A stretch of 64,000 nt of DNA from positions 1,600,001-1,664,000 of the forward strand of contig CAUVXB020000001.1 of assembly GCA_963555825.3 (NCBI GenBank), given 5' to 3'. The position numbers and the translations under genes are program-made. Under the pieces are notes generated by a model. It saw only the letters and a list, made by a program, of their open reading frames with translations, did no database searches and had not been told where the DNA came from. The DNA comes from Alphaproteobacteria bacterium (GTDB taxonomy: Bacteria; Pseudomonadota; Alphaproteobacteria; JAAXGF01). Shown here piece by piece: positions 52,851 to 63,031 of this stretch (positions are counted from its first letter, which is position 1; each line of letters opens with the position of its first letter).

Positions 52851-53852
52851 TTACTGAGCAGTTTCTCCTGTTGTGGGTGTCACAGGTGGGTTGATCCAGA
52901 CGGCTTGGGGAAGGGGATCCGGTTGTGGTATCCCTCGAACGAAGCGTTCGGGATGACGGGTCCAGGCGGCTTGAAGGGTCCGCCCGCGCTGCTCCAGCAC
53001 GCTCTGGGTTCGATTGTGATGCACGTCGTCCGGGGTGAGCATGGCGATCCCGCCATGGCGATGTTCGGTGTTGTACCAAGGGAAGAACGTTCGGCAGAAG
53101 GCGATCGCGGCGGTGATGTCGTGGAAGCGGCCAGGGAAGCCGGGGTGGTACTTCAGGGTCTTGAACTGCGCCTCGGAGAAGGGGTTGTCGTCGGACACCT
53201 GAGGGCGGCTCAGTGAACGGGTCACGCCGAGGTCGGCGAGCAGTTGTGCGGTGCACTTGCTCGTCATCGGCGCGCCGCGGTCGGAGTGCAGGGTGAGCAC
53301 CTGGGGCTGGACGCCCTGTTTATGGCAGGTCTCTTCGATGAGACGACCGGCCAGCGCCGAGTTCTCCCGGTCTGCGACCATCCAGCCGACCGCGTAGCGG
53401 CTGAAGATGTCGAGCACGACGTAGAGGTAGAAGTACGTCCACTTGGTCGGCCCCAACAGCTTGGTGATGTCCCAGGACCAGGTCTGGTTCGGCGCCGTGG
53501 CCACCAGCTCGGGCTTGGTGTACTGGGGATGCTCGCGCTGATTGCGCCGCTCTCGGACCGGCTGATCGGCGGCCAGGATCCGATACATCGTCCGCTCCGA
53601 GCACAGGTAATGGCCTTCGTCGAGCAGCGTCGCCACGACCTCCGCCGGCGCACGGTCGACGAAGCGCGGGCCGGCGAGCACATCGAGGATCTGCTCGCGC
53701 TCGGCTTCACACAGCGCCCGGGCGGGCGTTGGACGGGGCTGCTGGTGCCCGGGAGTTGACCTCTGACGACGGTAGAAGCTCGCCCGTGACACGCCCAGTG
53801 CTTGGCAGGCCGGCGCCACGCCGACCTGCGCCGCAAGCGGTTGGACCGCCAT
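52851..53852 (-). CDS. IS3-family transposase OrfB
   Basis: WSWDITKL, LDIFSRY, HSDRG, DNPFSEAQFKTLKY; TGATG coupling to orfA. Confidence 0.9.
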   Translation of the reverse strand: MAVQPLAAQVGVAPACQALGVSRASFYRRQRSTPGHQQPRPTPARALCEAEREQILDVLAGPRFVDRAPAEVVATLLDEGHYLCSERTMYRILAADQPVRERRNQREHPQYTKPELVATAPNQTWSWDITKLLGPTKWTYFYLYVVLDIFSRYAVGWMVADRENSALAGRLIEETCHKQGVQPQVLTLHSDRGAPMTSKCTAQLLADLGVTRSLSRPQVSDDNPFSEAQFKTLKYHPGFPGRFHDITAAIAFCRTFFPWYNTEHRHGGIAMLTPDDVHHNRTQSVLEQRGRTLQAAWTRHPERFVRGIPQPDPLPQAVWINPPVTPTTGETAQ

Positions 53853-54334
53853 CAAGAGCGCGTTCCGTGTTCGAGGTTCAATCCCAGCAGCCCGGCAACT
53901 TTTCCCTGCACGTCCAGGATCGTGTGCGCGGTGTGCAACTCGTGCTCCAGGCGAGCCACTTGCGCCTCGAGCGCGCGCACCTTCGCATCCAGCGGGTTGC
54001 GTTCGGCCGGTTTCGCGCCGCGCTTCTTCGCGGCCAACTCCCGCAGCGAGCCCTTGCGCCGCGCCTTGCGCCAAGCCGTCAGATGCGAGCTGTACAACCC
54101 CTCGCGGCGAAGCAGGCGGCCCACCTCGCCGGGCTGTGTGCAGCGATCCGCCTCCTCCAGAATCCGCAGCCGATACTCTGCGGTGAACTGGCGCCGCTTC
54201 GGCTTGGCCACAACCTCCGGGTCCGGGGTCGGTCTGGCGCGGCCGGCCCTGGGGGCCTCGTCGCTACGCTCCTCGACCCCAAGGGCCGGAACGGAAACCT
54301 CATTCAATGTCATCGAGTCTCTCTCTGCGGTCAT
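53852..54334 (-). CDS. IS3-family transposase OrfA
   Basis: RRQFTAEYRLRIL, LLRREGLYSSHLTAWR. Confidence 0.88.
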   Translation of the reverse strand: MTAERDSMTLNEVSVPALGVEERSDEAPRAGRARPTPDPEVVAKPKRRQFTAEYRLRILEEADRCTQPGEVGRLLRREGLYSSHLTAWRKARRKGSLRELAAKKRGAKPAERNPLDAKVRALEAQVARLEHELHTAHTILDVQGKVAGLLGLNLEHGTRS

Positions 54335-54568
54335 CGGTTTTCACCTCCACCGCCCTACAGAAATTCCGAAGGTTGCTGGTGTCTCAGTGATGTTGGCAGA
54401 GAGGGCCGTGCTGATCGGGGCCGCGTCCGAAGCGGTCATCGACGAAGAACTGGAAAGGGCGGCAAGAACGCCGGCACGCGCAGCGCACGGCGTGCATTAG
54501 CGTCACGGCTAAGCGGCTCGGACAATTAGAGACGACGAAGCGCTCACAGAGAGCTATTGTCAAAAGTT

Positions 54569-56369
54569 GACGGGGCGGTAAAAAGTCGATTCCTCATGAG
54601 AGTCGGCTGGATTATAATTGTGCATGTTTACTTTACGCGACCGACGGACTGGGGAATTGTTTGATCGCTGGTCCGATTTCGGGGACAAACGTCGGCGCCT
54701 GATGGAGCAATCCTGGGCCGGGGTTTTTCGGAACCATCTGCTTGTCGAACTTCCGGTTGACGATCTTTGCCGTCACCTTGATGAACGCATGGGCCGACCA
54801 TCGAAGGATCTACACGTTGTCATCGGGGTCTTGCTTTTGCAGCAGCTGCACGATCTGAGCGATGCAGAGACCGTCGAGGCCCTGGCCTTCAATATGGCGT
54901 GGCACTATGCCTTGGACGTGCGCAGCGAAGCGGACAGCTATTTCTGTGAGAAAACCCTGCGCAACTATCGCCGTCTGTTTATCGAACAAGGTCTCGATGA
55001 ATTGCTGTTCCGGTGTTTGACGGATCGGCTGGTGCAGGGGTTCTCTGTCGATACCAGCCACCAACGCATGGATTCGACGGCCCTTCGTTCGGCAATGCGG
55101 GCGCTGACACGACTTGGTATCGTTGTTGAGAGCATCTCGAAGTTTGCCCGTGAGCTTGAGCGATATCATCCCGGTCTGCACGAGCAGATCAGCAAGGAGG
55201 TGATCCGCCGCTATGTCGATCGCGAGGGTAATGGCGCGTTCGCGAATACGGCGCCGAGTGTTTCAAAACGGCGCCTCGGCGAAGCGGGTCAGTATCTCCT
55301 AGCCCTGGTGCTGCAATTCCGTGACACGGCGGCGGCAAAGCTTTCCAGTTTTGCGATCCTGGAGAGGGTTCTGCGCGATCAGTTCGAGATCGTTGATGAT
55401 GAGTATGGCGATCGTGACGCAACGCGCGCCGCGATTCGAGATCCAAAGGATGTGCCGTGCGATACCGTCGGCAATCCGGCCGACCCGGACGCGAGCTACA
55501 ACGCGCACAAGGGTCAAGGATACATGGCGCAGATCGTCGAAACCTATTGTGAAGATGTCAGTAACGAGGCGGTTGCCGCGACACCGGACCTCATCACCCA
55601 CGTGGAGGTCCACAAGATGACGGTGCATGACGGCCATCGCTTAGCCGATGCGCTGGATGATCTGAGCGAGCGCGCGCTGACGCCGGCGGTGATGCTGGGT
55701 GATTCACATTACGGTTCCAGTGACAACATGGCTCTGACGCGCGAACAGAACATCAATCTCGTGGCGCCCGCACGACCGCCGAAAGGCGCCGTCTCGGGAC
55801 GGTTGACGTTGGAGGATTTCACTCTCAACGAAGAAGGCTTGGTCTTGCGCTGTCCCAATAACGTCGAACCGGTTTCAGCCTCGCTCGCCAAAGCCAAGCT
55901 GCAGGCCCGTTTCGACCTCTCCATCTGCCAAAAATGTCCCGATATACTGCGATGTCCCGTGCAGGCGGCCAAGCGTGACGGCCAATTTTCCCGCTTTCAA
56001 TATACCCCGGCCAGGGCTGCCAACCAAAAGCGCCGGCTTTATGAACAAAGCGATGCCTTCCGCAACGTCTACAGATGGCGGGCCGGCATAGAAGCGACCA
56101 TGTCGCGATTAAAGTACCAGATGAACCTGGCTCACCTACGCATTCGCGGCATGCCGGCCATGCGCTACGTGGTCAATCTGCGTGCCCTCGGCCTCAATAT
56201 CCGACGCTGCGCGGCAATCGCACCATAAAAAACGAAGCCAAGGAGAAGCCAAGGGTAGGTAATATCAGGTTTTATCCACCAGCAACGCGGAGACAGGCAA
56301 ATATTCTTCACCGAACCGCAAAGACCTGTACAAGCACGCCATCGGCCAACAACTTTTTATCGCCCCGTC
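54569..56369 (+). mobile_element. IS1182/IS5-like element, copy 1 (1801 bp)
   Basis: Ends GACGGGGCGGTAAAAAGT / ACTTTTTATCGCCCCGTC; both flanks are IS256 IR sequence. Confidence 0.85.
54618..56228 (+). CDS. IS1182/IS5-like transposase
   Basis: GRPS..LLLQQLHDLSD, MDST, DPDASY, GDSHYG, RAGIEATMSRLK. Confidence 0.88.
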   Translation: MCMFTLRDRRTGELFDRWSDFGDKRRRLMEQSWAGVFRNHLLVELPVDDLCRHLDERMGRPSKDLHVVIGVLLLQQLHDLSDAETVEALAFNMAWHYALDVRSEADSYFCEKTLRNYRRLFIEQGLDELLFRCLTDRLVQGFSVDTSHQRMDSTALRSAMRALTRLGIVVESISKFARELERYHPGLHEQISKEVIRRYVDREGNGAFANTAPSVSKRRLGEAGQYLLALVLQFRDTAAAKLSSFAILERVLRDQFEIVDDEYGDRDATRAAIRDPKDVPCDTVGNPADPDASYNAHKGQGYMAQIVETYCEDVSNEAVAATPDLITHVEVHKMTVHDGHRLADALDDLSERALTPAVMLGDSHYGSSDNMALTREQNINLVAPARPPKGAVSGRLTLEDFTLNEEGLVLRCPNNVEPVSASLAKAKLQARFDLSICQKCPDILRCPVQAAKRDGQFSRFQYTPARAANQKRRLYEQSDAFRNVYRWRAGIEATMSRLKYQMNLAHLRIRGMPAMRYVVNLRALGLNIRRCAAIAP

Positions 56370-56457
56370 GAATCTTGTGTACGGCGTTGAAATGAAGGCG
56401 GCGTATCCTGGTGATTGTTGATGTCACCACTTGAGCTAAGCCAAGGAAGGATACGCC

Positions 56458-57702
56458 ATGAAAGAGAATACCGTTGTTGCTTTTCAAAACCCATCTGATT
56501 TTCAGAAAGATCCGTTGACGGAAGTCCTACAAGCTGGAGCTCGCGAGTTGTTGGCCCAAGCCGTTGAGGCCGAGGTCTCCGTGTTTTTGGGTAGCCATGC
56601 GGCGCTTGTTGACGCCGCCGGCCGCCGCCGGGTTGTCCGCAATGGATATCTGCCGGAACGCTTCATCCAGACCGGGATCGGCCCGGTGAGCGTGCGCCAA
56701 CCCCGTGTGCGGGACCGGGGGGACGGCGCCATCCGCTTCACGTCGGCGATCCTGCCGCGCTATCTGCGCCGCGCCAAGAGCCTGGAAGACCTTTTGCCAT
56801 GGCTGTATCTGAAGGGCATTTCCACCGGCGACTTCGGGGAAGCCTTGGCGGCGCTCCTGGGGAGCTCCGCGCCGGGGCTTTCGGCCTCCACGATCACCCG
56901 GCTGAAAGAGGTCTGGGGGGTTGAGGCGGAGCGCTGGCAACGGCGCGACCTCACGGCCAAGCGCTACGTCTATTTCTGGGTGGACGGCATCTATTTCAGC
57001 GCCCGCATGGAGGAAGAGAAGCAGTGCATCCTGGTGATCGTCGGGGCCACGGACAAGGGACAGAAGGAACTGATCGCCATCGCCGACGGCTATCGCGAAA
57101 GTGAGCAGTCCTGGCTCGAAGTTCTGCTCGATCTCAAGCGGCGCGGCCTTGAAATGGGTCCGCAACTGGCGCTCGGCGACGGCGCGCTCGGCTTCTGGAA
57201 GGCGCTCCGCCAAGTCTACCCAGGCGCCCGCGAGCAACGCTGCTGGGTTCACAAGACGGGCAACGTCTTGAACAAGCTGCCCAAGGGTCTGCAAAAGAAA
57301 GCCAAGGGGCGCCTGCAAGACATCTGGATGGCCGAAACCAGGAAGGATGCCGAGAGCGCCTTCGACTTCTTCCTGGAAGCCTACGGGCCGAAGTACGACA
57401 AGGCCGCGGCCTGCCTGGCCAAGGACCGCGACGTCCTGCTGACGTTCTACGACTTCCCCGCCGAGCACTGGAAGCATGTACGCACGACCAACCCCATCGA
57501 GAGCACGTTCGCCACGGTTCGTCTGCGCACCTACCGGACCAAGGGCTGCCTGTCGCGCAAGACGGCGATGGCCATGGTCTTCAAACTATGCCAGTGCGCT
57601 CAGAGAAAATGGAGAAAACTCGATGGATCGAACCATCTCGCCGAGATCATTCGCGGCGTCAAATTCGTAGATGGAGAACGCCAGGATCGCGCCGCCGCAT
57701 GA
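56458..57702 (+). CDS. IS256 family transposase
   Basis: RNGYLPER, WVDGIY, GDGALGFW, QRCWVHK, RTTNPIES. Confidence 0.95.
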   Translation: MKENTVVAFQNPSDFQKDPLTEVLQAGARELLAQAVEAEVSVFLGSHAALVDAAGRRRVVRNGYLPERFIQTGIGPVSVRQPRVRDRGDGAIRFTSAILPRYLRRAKSLEDLLPWLYLKGISTGDFGEALAALLGSSAPGLSASTITRLKEVWGVEAERWQRRDLTAKRYVYFWVDGIYFSARMEEEKQCILVIVGATDKGQKELIAIADGYRESEQSWLEVLLDLKRRGLEMGPQLALGDGALGFWKALRQVYPGAREQRCWVHKTGNVLNKLPKGLQKKAKGRLQDIWMAETRKDAESAFDFFLEAYGPKYDKAAACLAKDRDVLLTFYDFPAEHWKHVRTTNPIESTFATVRLRTYRTKGCLSRKTAMAMVFKLCQCAQRKWRKLDGSNHLAEIIRGVKFVDGERQDRAAA

Positions 57703-57722
57703 TCAGCCCATACACAACTTTT

Positions 57723-59523
57723 GACGGGGCGGTAAAAAGTCGATTCCTCATGAGAGTCGGCTGGATTATAATTGTGCATGTTTACTTTACGCGACCGACG
57801 GACTGGGGAATTGTTTGATCGCTGGTCCGATTTCGGGGACAAACGTCGGCGCCTGATGGAGCAATCCTGGGCCGGGGTTTTTCGGAACCATCTGCTTGTC
57901 GAACTTCCGGTTGACGATCTTTGCCGTCACCTTGATGAACGCATGGGCCGACCATCGAAGGATCTACACGTTGTCATCGGGGTCTTGCTTTTGCAGCAGC
58001 TGCACGATCTGAGCGATGCAGAGACCGTCGAGGCCCTGGCCTTCAATATGGCGTGGCACTATGCCTTGGACGTGCGCAGCGAAGCGGACAGCTATTTCTG
58101 TGAGAAAACCCTGCGCAACTATCGCCGTCTGTTTATCGAACAAGGTCTCGATGAATTGCTGTTCCGGTGTTTGACGGATCGGCTGGTGCAGGGGTTCTCT
58201 GTCGATACCAGCCACCAACGCATGGATTCGACGGCCCTTCGTTCGGCAATGCGGGCGCTGACACGACTTGGTATCGTTGTTGAGAGCATCTCGAAGTTTG
58301 CCCGTGAGCTTGAGCGATATCATCCCGGTCTGCACGAGCAGATCAGCAAGGAGGTGATCCGCCGCTATGTCGATCGCGAGGGTAATGGCGCGTTCGCGAA
58401 TACGGCGCCGAGTGTTTCAAAACGGCGCCTCGGCGAAGCGGGTCAGTATCTCCTAGCCCTGGTGCTGCAATTCCGTGACACGGCGGCGGCAAAGCTTTTC
58501 AGTTTTGCGATCCTGGAGAGGGTTCTGCGCGATCAGTTCGAGATCGTTGATGATGAGTATGGCGATCGTGACGCAACGCGCGCCGCGATTCGAGATCCAA
58601 AGGATGTGCCGTGCGATACCGTCGGCAATCCGGCCGACCCGGACGCGAGCTACAACGCGCACAAGGGTCAAGGATACATGGCGCAGATCGTCGAAACCTA
58701 TTGTGAAGATGTCAGTAACGAGGCGGTTGCCGCGACACCGGACCTCATCACCCACGTGGAGGTCCACAAGATGACGGTGCATGACGGCCATCGCTTAGCC
58801 GATGCGCTGGATGATCTGAGCGAGCGCGCGCTGACGCCGGCGGTGATGCTGGGTGATTCACATTACGGTTCCAGTGACAACATGGCTCTGACGCGCGAAC
58901 AGAACATCAATCTCGTGGCGCCCGCACGACCGCCGAAAGGCGCCGTCTCGGGACGGTTGACGTTGGAGGATTTCACTCTCAACGAAGAAGGCTTGGTCTT
59001 GCGCTGTCCCAATAACGTCGAACCGGTTTCAGCCTCGCTCGCCAAAGCCAAGCTGCAGGCCCGTTTCGACCTCTCCATCTGCCAAAAATGTCCCGATATA
59101 CTGCGATGTCCCGTGCAGGCGGCCAAGCGTGACGGCCAATTTTCCCGCTTTCAATATACCCCGGCCAGGGCTGCCAACCAAAAGCGCCGGCTTTATGAAC
59201 AAAGCGATGCCTTCCGCAACGTCTACAGATGGCGGGCCGGCATAGAAGCGACCATGTCGCGATTAAAGTACCAGATGAACCTGGCTCACCTACGCATTCG
59301 CGGCATGCCGGCCATGCGCTACGTGGTCAATCTGCGTGCCCTCGGCCTCAATATCCGACGCTGCGCGGCAATCGCACCATAAAAAACGAAGCCAAGGAGA
59401 AGCCAAGGGTAGGTAATATCAGGTTTTATCCACCAGCAACGCGGAGACAGGCAAATATTCTTCACCGAACCGCAAAGACCTGTACAAGCACGCCATCGGC
59501 CAACAACTTTTTACCGCCCCGTC
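57723..59523 (+). mobile_element. IS1182/IS5-like element, copy 2 (1801 bp)
   Basis: Near-identical to copy 1; 7-bp TSD AACTTTT (57716-57722, 59524-59530). Confidence 0.88.
57772..59382 (+). CDS. IS1182/IS5-like transposase
   Basis: Same as 54618-56228 except one S>F change. Confidence 0.88.
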   Translation: MCMFTLRDRRTGELFDRWSDFGDKRRRLMEQSWAGVFRNHLLVELPVDDLCRHLDERMGRPSKDLHVVIGVLLLQQLHDLSDAETVEALAFNMAWHYALDVRSEADSYFCEKTLRNYRRLFIEQGLDELLFRCLTDRLVQGFSVDTSHQRMDSTALRSAMRALTRLGIVVESISKFARELERYHPGLHEQISKEVIRRYVDREGNGAFANTAPSVSKRRLGEAGQYLLALVLQFRDTAAAKLFSFAILERVLRDQFEIVDDEYGDRDATRAAIRDPKDVPCDTVGNPADPDASYNAHKGQGYMAQIVETYCEDVSNEAVAATPDLITHVEVHKMTVHDGHRLADALDDLSERALTPAVMLGDSHYGSSDNMALTREQNINLVAPARPPKGAVSGRLTLEDFTLNEEGLVLRCPNNVEPVSASLAKAKLQARFDLSICQKCPDILRCPVQAAKRDGQFSRFQYTPARAANQKRRLYEQSDAFRNVYRWRAGIEATMSRLKYQMNLAHLRIRGMPAMRYVVNLRALGLNIRRCAAIAP

Positions 59524-59628
59524 AACTTTTGACAATAGCTCCGCCATACCAAGGAGACGCGACTAAGAACCATAGAGATCCTGTACGCTTTTCGCCGGGT
59601 CGGAAGCGAGCCGCGGGCGATGGAATTA

Positions 59629-59908
59629 TACCAAGGGTCAGTGATAAAGGCCCCCAGAGATCGCGTCCGCATTTCGCCGGTGAGGCAAGACAGCCGCGGG
59701 CGATGCAGCGCATCGGCTAGGCGTCCTGACGACCTCCGGCGAAAAGCGGCCGCGACCCGAAGGGCGGCTTGCCGAGGCTCTCGGACGTCGTTGCACCGGT
59801 CTTGCGATGCGCCTCCTATTGCCATACGTGGGCATCGCCGCGACGGGCGCGCCTAGCCGAGAACCACGGCAAGCCGTCTCTAGGGGTCTTTATCACTGAT
59901 CCTTGGTA
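59629..59908. mobile_element. 280-bp MITE
   Basis: ~32-bp IRs TACCAAGGGTCAGTGATAAAGGCCCCCAGAGA / TCTCTAGGGGTCTTTATCACTGATCCTTGGTA; TTA direct repeat on both sides. Confidence 0.78.
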
Positions 59909-60433
59909 TTAGGCAGAGCGTTCGAATTCCGTCGACGACGGGGAACCAAATAGGACAAGGGGTCGCGCCGCCCGGGCGCGATCTCCCTTGTTGCATTTGG
60001 GCGTCAGCCGGCCTCAGCCGCCGCGCAGGGCGATAGCGCGGCCGGCCTGGGGCAGCCGGGGTAGCGTGGCGTGCCTATCGGCAACCGCGCGGACCCGGGC
60101 CATGGCGTCGGCCGGAAAGGCGGCCGCGCGCCGGCGGGCGAGGTCGACGTTGAGGTAGAGGACCTGATTGGTCGCCGCCAGATAGCCCTCGGCGGCGTGG
60201 CGCATGAAATGCATGACATCGAGCGCCTTGTCGGTTGCGCCCAGAACCCGGCTCTCGAAGCGCAGCGGGTCATCCTCGCGCAATTCGCGCTCGAACACGA
60301 TGTGCGTCTCGTTGGCGAACAGGGCGTGGTTGGTGCGCTTGCGATAGGCCTCGCTGACGTCGAGCTGTGTGAACAAGTGGCGTGCGGCGTCCTCGAAGGC
60401 GAGCAGGTAGTAGCCGAGGTTCATGTGGCCTGA

Positions 60434-61608
60434 TACCAGTGAGCGCCTGAATTGACTCTCGGGATATTCATTGATGGCGGATGATGGCGGATTGTGATTC
60501 TATGGTCTCCCACCAGATGTGGGGGATGTCATGGGATCAGCACTCAAGATACGGGATGATTTGACGCCTTTGGAGCTTCGGCGCTGGGCTCGCGTGGAAT
60601 CGTACGGTCGAGCGGCGGCGCGGGCCTATGGGATCGCGAATGCTTTGGAGGAGATGCCCCGGGCTGATGCCGCGCGGCTTGCGGGGATGGATCGCCAAAC
60701 GCTTCGCGACGCGGTTGTTCGTTACAATGCAAAGGGATTGGAGGGGCTTCACGACCGTCCAAAGGGCTACTCGCCGCGGCGGCTGACGGCAGACGAGGAA
60801 GCGGCGCTGGCGGCGGTCATCATCGCCGGGCCGGAGCCTGAGCGCGACGGGGTTTGCGCCTGGACCCGGGCCGATCTGTGCCGCTGGCTGGAGGAGCGCT
60901 TCGCCAAGACCTACCACCCCTCGAGCATGACCCGGGTTCTACGGCGGATGGGATTTTCCCGCCAGAAGGCGCGCCCGAGCCACCCGCGAAGGGACGCCGA
61001 AGCGCAGGAGCGCTTCAAAAAAGGGGGCTTCGCGACATCCTGAAGGCGACCGCCGCGGCGCATCCCGACAAGCGCCTACAGCTGTGGTTTCAGGATGAAG
61101 CGCGCGTCGGCAACAAGGGCCGGGTGTGTCACCGGTGGTGGCGCAGGGGCGAGCGTGCCCCCGGGACGCGTCAAATCGGCTACCAGTGGGCCTACATCTT
61201 CTCCGCCGTGCGCCCGGACACCGGCGACGACGTCACCCTGGTGATGCCGAGCGTCAACGCCAAGGTCATGGACCTGTTTCTCGCACACTTCGCCGATACC
61301 CTGGACCAGGATGCGCACGCCGTCATGATGTGCGACGGCGCCGGTTGGCACGACGAGCGCGCCCTCACCGTCCCCGACAACGTCACCTTGGCGCTGTTGC
61401 CGCCTTACAGTCCCGAACTCAACCCCGTCGAGCGGGTTTGGCTCTACCTACGCGAACGCTTCCTATCGCTCCGCGTCCTCGACGACACCGAGGCCATCAT
61501 CGACGCCTGTTGCCAAGCATGGATCGACCTCATCGCAGAACCGGATCGTATGCGAACCCTCTGCGCCTATCCATGGATCATGAAGGTGATTTCATAGGCT
61601 CACTGGTA
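60434..61608 (+). mobile_element. IS630 family element
   Basis: IRs TACCAGTGAGC / GCTCACTGGTA; TGA duplicated at 60431-60433 and 61609-61611. Confidence 0.9.
60531..61597 (+). CDS. IS630 transposase, two ORFs probably joined by a programmed -1 frameshift
   Basis: OrfA HTH ending FKKGG at AAAAAAGGGGG (61017-61027); OrfB WFQDEAR, CDGAGWH, LPPYSPELNPVE. Confidence 0.88.
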
Positions 61609-61675
61609 TGAGTAGTCGATCCACTCGGACTGGACGGTCGCCTCGTAGGGCGTGATGACTGACGGGTTCGACATC

Positions 61676-62991
61676 GAGCTATAACCGAATCTTGTGTACG
61701 GCGTTGAAATGAAGGCGGCGTATCCTGGTGATTGTTGATGTCACCACTTGAGCTAAGCCAAGGAAGGATACGCCATGAAAGAGAATACCGTTGTTGCTTT
61801 TCAAAACCCATCTGATTTTCAGAAAGATCCGTTGACGGAAGTCCTACAAGCTGGAGCTCGCGAGTTGTTGGCCCAAGCCGTTGAGGCCGAGGTCTCCGTG
61901 TTTTTGGGTAGCCATGCGGCGCTTGTTGACGCCGCCGGCCGCCGCCGGGTTGTCCGCAATGGATATCTGCCGGAACGCTTCATCCAGACCGGGATCGGCC
62001 CGGTGAGCGTGCGCCAACCCCGTGTGCGGGACCGGGGGGACGGCGCCATCCGCTTCACGTCGGCGATCCTGCCGCGCTATCTGCGCCGCGCCAAGAGCCT
62101 GGAAGACCTTTTGCCATGGCTGTATCTGAAGGGCATTTCCACCGGCGACTTCGGGGAAGCCTTGGCGGCGCTCCTGGGGAGCTCCGCGCCGGGGCTTTCG
62201 GCCTCCACGATCACCCGGCTGAAAGAGGTCTGGGGGGTTGAGGCGGAGCGCTGGCAACGGCGCGACCTCACGGCCAAGCGCTACGTCTATTTCTGGGTGG
62301 ACGGCATCTATTTCAGCGCCCGCATGGAGGAAGAGAAGCAGTGCATCCTGGTGATCGTCGGGGCCACGGACAAGGGACAGAAGGAACTGATCGCCATCGC
62401 CGACGGCTATCGCGAAAGTGAGCAGTCCTGGCTCGAAGTTCTGCTCGATCTCAAGCGGCGCGGCCTTGAAATGGGTCCGCAACTGGCGCTCGGCGACGGC
62501 GCGCTCGGCTTCTGGAAGGCGCTCCGCCAAGTCTACCCAGGCGCCCGCGAGCAACGCTGCTGGGTTCACAAGACGGGCAACGTCTTGAACAAGCTGCCCA
62601 AGGGTCTGCAAAAGAAAGCCAAGGGGCGCCTGCAAGACATCTGGATGGCCGAAACCAGGAAGGATGCCGAGAGCGCCTTCGACTTCTTCCTGGAAGCCTA
62701 CGGGCCGAAGTACGACAAGGCCGCGGCCTGCCTGGCCAAGGACCGCGACGTCCTGCTGACGTTCTACGACTTCCCCGCCGAGCACTGGAAGCATGTACGC
62801 ACGACCAACCCCATCGAGAGCACGTTCGCCACGGTTCGTCTGCGCACCTACCGGACCAAGGGCTGCCTGTCGCGCAAGACGGCGATGGCCATGGTCTTCA
62901 AACTATGCCAGTGCGCTCAGAGAAAATGGAGAAAACTCGATGGATCGAACCATCTCGCCGAGATCATTCGCGGCGTCAAATTCGTAGATGG
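61676..62991 (+). mobile_element. IS256 family element, copy 2, interrupted near its 3' end
   Basis: Intact IRL GAGCTATAACCGAATCTTGTGTA; matches copy 1 until 62991. Confidence 0.9.
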
Positions 62992-63031
62992 TGAGTCGGA
63001 CCCGATTTCCTTGGACACAGAATTGGCTTAA
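61775..63031 (+). CDS. IS256 transposase with last residues replaced by IS3 sequence
   Basis: Identical to 56458-57702 up to KFVDG. Confidence 0.88.
   Translation: MKENTVVAFQNPSDFQKDPLTEVLQAGARELLAQAVEAEVSVFLGSHAALVDAAGRRRVVRNGYLPERFIQTGIGPVSVRQPRVRDRGDGAIRFTSAILPRYLRRAKSLEDLLPWLYLKGISTGDFGEALAALLGSSAPGLSASTITRLKEVWGVEAERWQRRDLTAKRYVYFWVDGIYFSARMEEEKQCILVIVGATDKGQKELIAIADGYRESEQSWLEVLLDLKRRGLEMGPQLALGDGALGFWKALRQVYPGAREQRCWVHKTGNVLNKLPKGLQKKAKGRLQDIWMAETRKDAESAFDFFLEAYGPKYDKAAACLAKDRDVLLTFYDFPAEHWKHVRTTNPIESTFATVRLRTYRTKGCLSRKTAMAMVFKLCQCAQRKWRKLDGSNHLAEIIRGVKFVDGESDPISLDTELA

Larger units (their letters stand above)
52811..54404 (-). mobile_element. IS3-family element
   Basis: Subterminal IRs CTGTCAACGACTTTGAGACA / CTGCCAACATCACTGAGACA; probable TSD GCCG (52807-52810, 54405-54408). 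Confidence 0.82.
52693..54500 (+). pseudogene. Small helical protein split by an IS3-family element
   Basis: Rejoined: MAKRTNGVRSESRLPIHGLKACLDQLHDEAIAQGYGLVA|VLIGAASEAVIDEELERAARTPARAAHGVH. Confidence 0.6.
56370..59541 (+). mobile_element. IS256 family element, copy 1, both IRs interrupted
   Basis: Begins at nt 12 of IRL (GAATCTTGTGTA); IRR TACACAACTTTTGACAATAGCTC split by the 57723-59523 insertion. Confidence 0.85.
60014..61674 (-). pseudogene. Hotdog-fold thioesterase split by IS630
   Basis: Rejoined: MSNPSVITPYEATVQSEWIDYS|GHMNLGYYLLAFEDA..ETHIVFERELRE. Confidence 0.85.
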
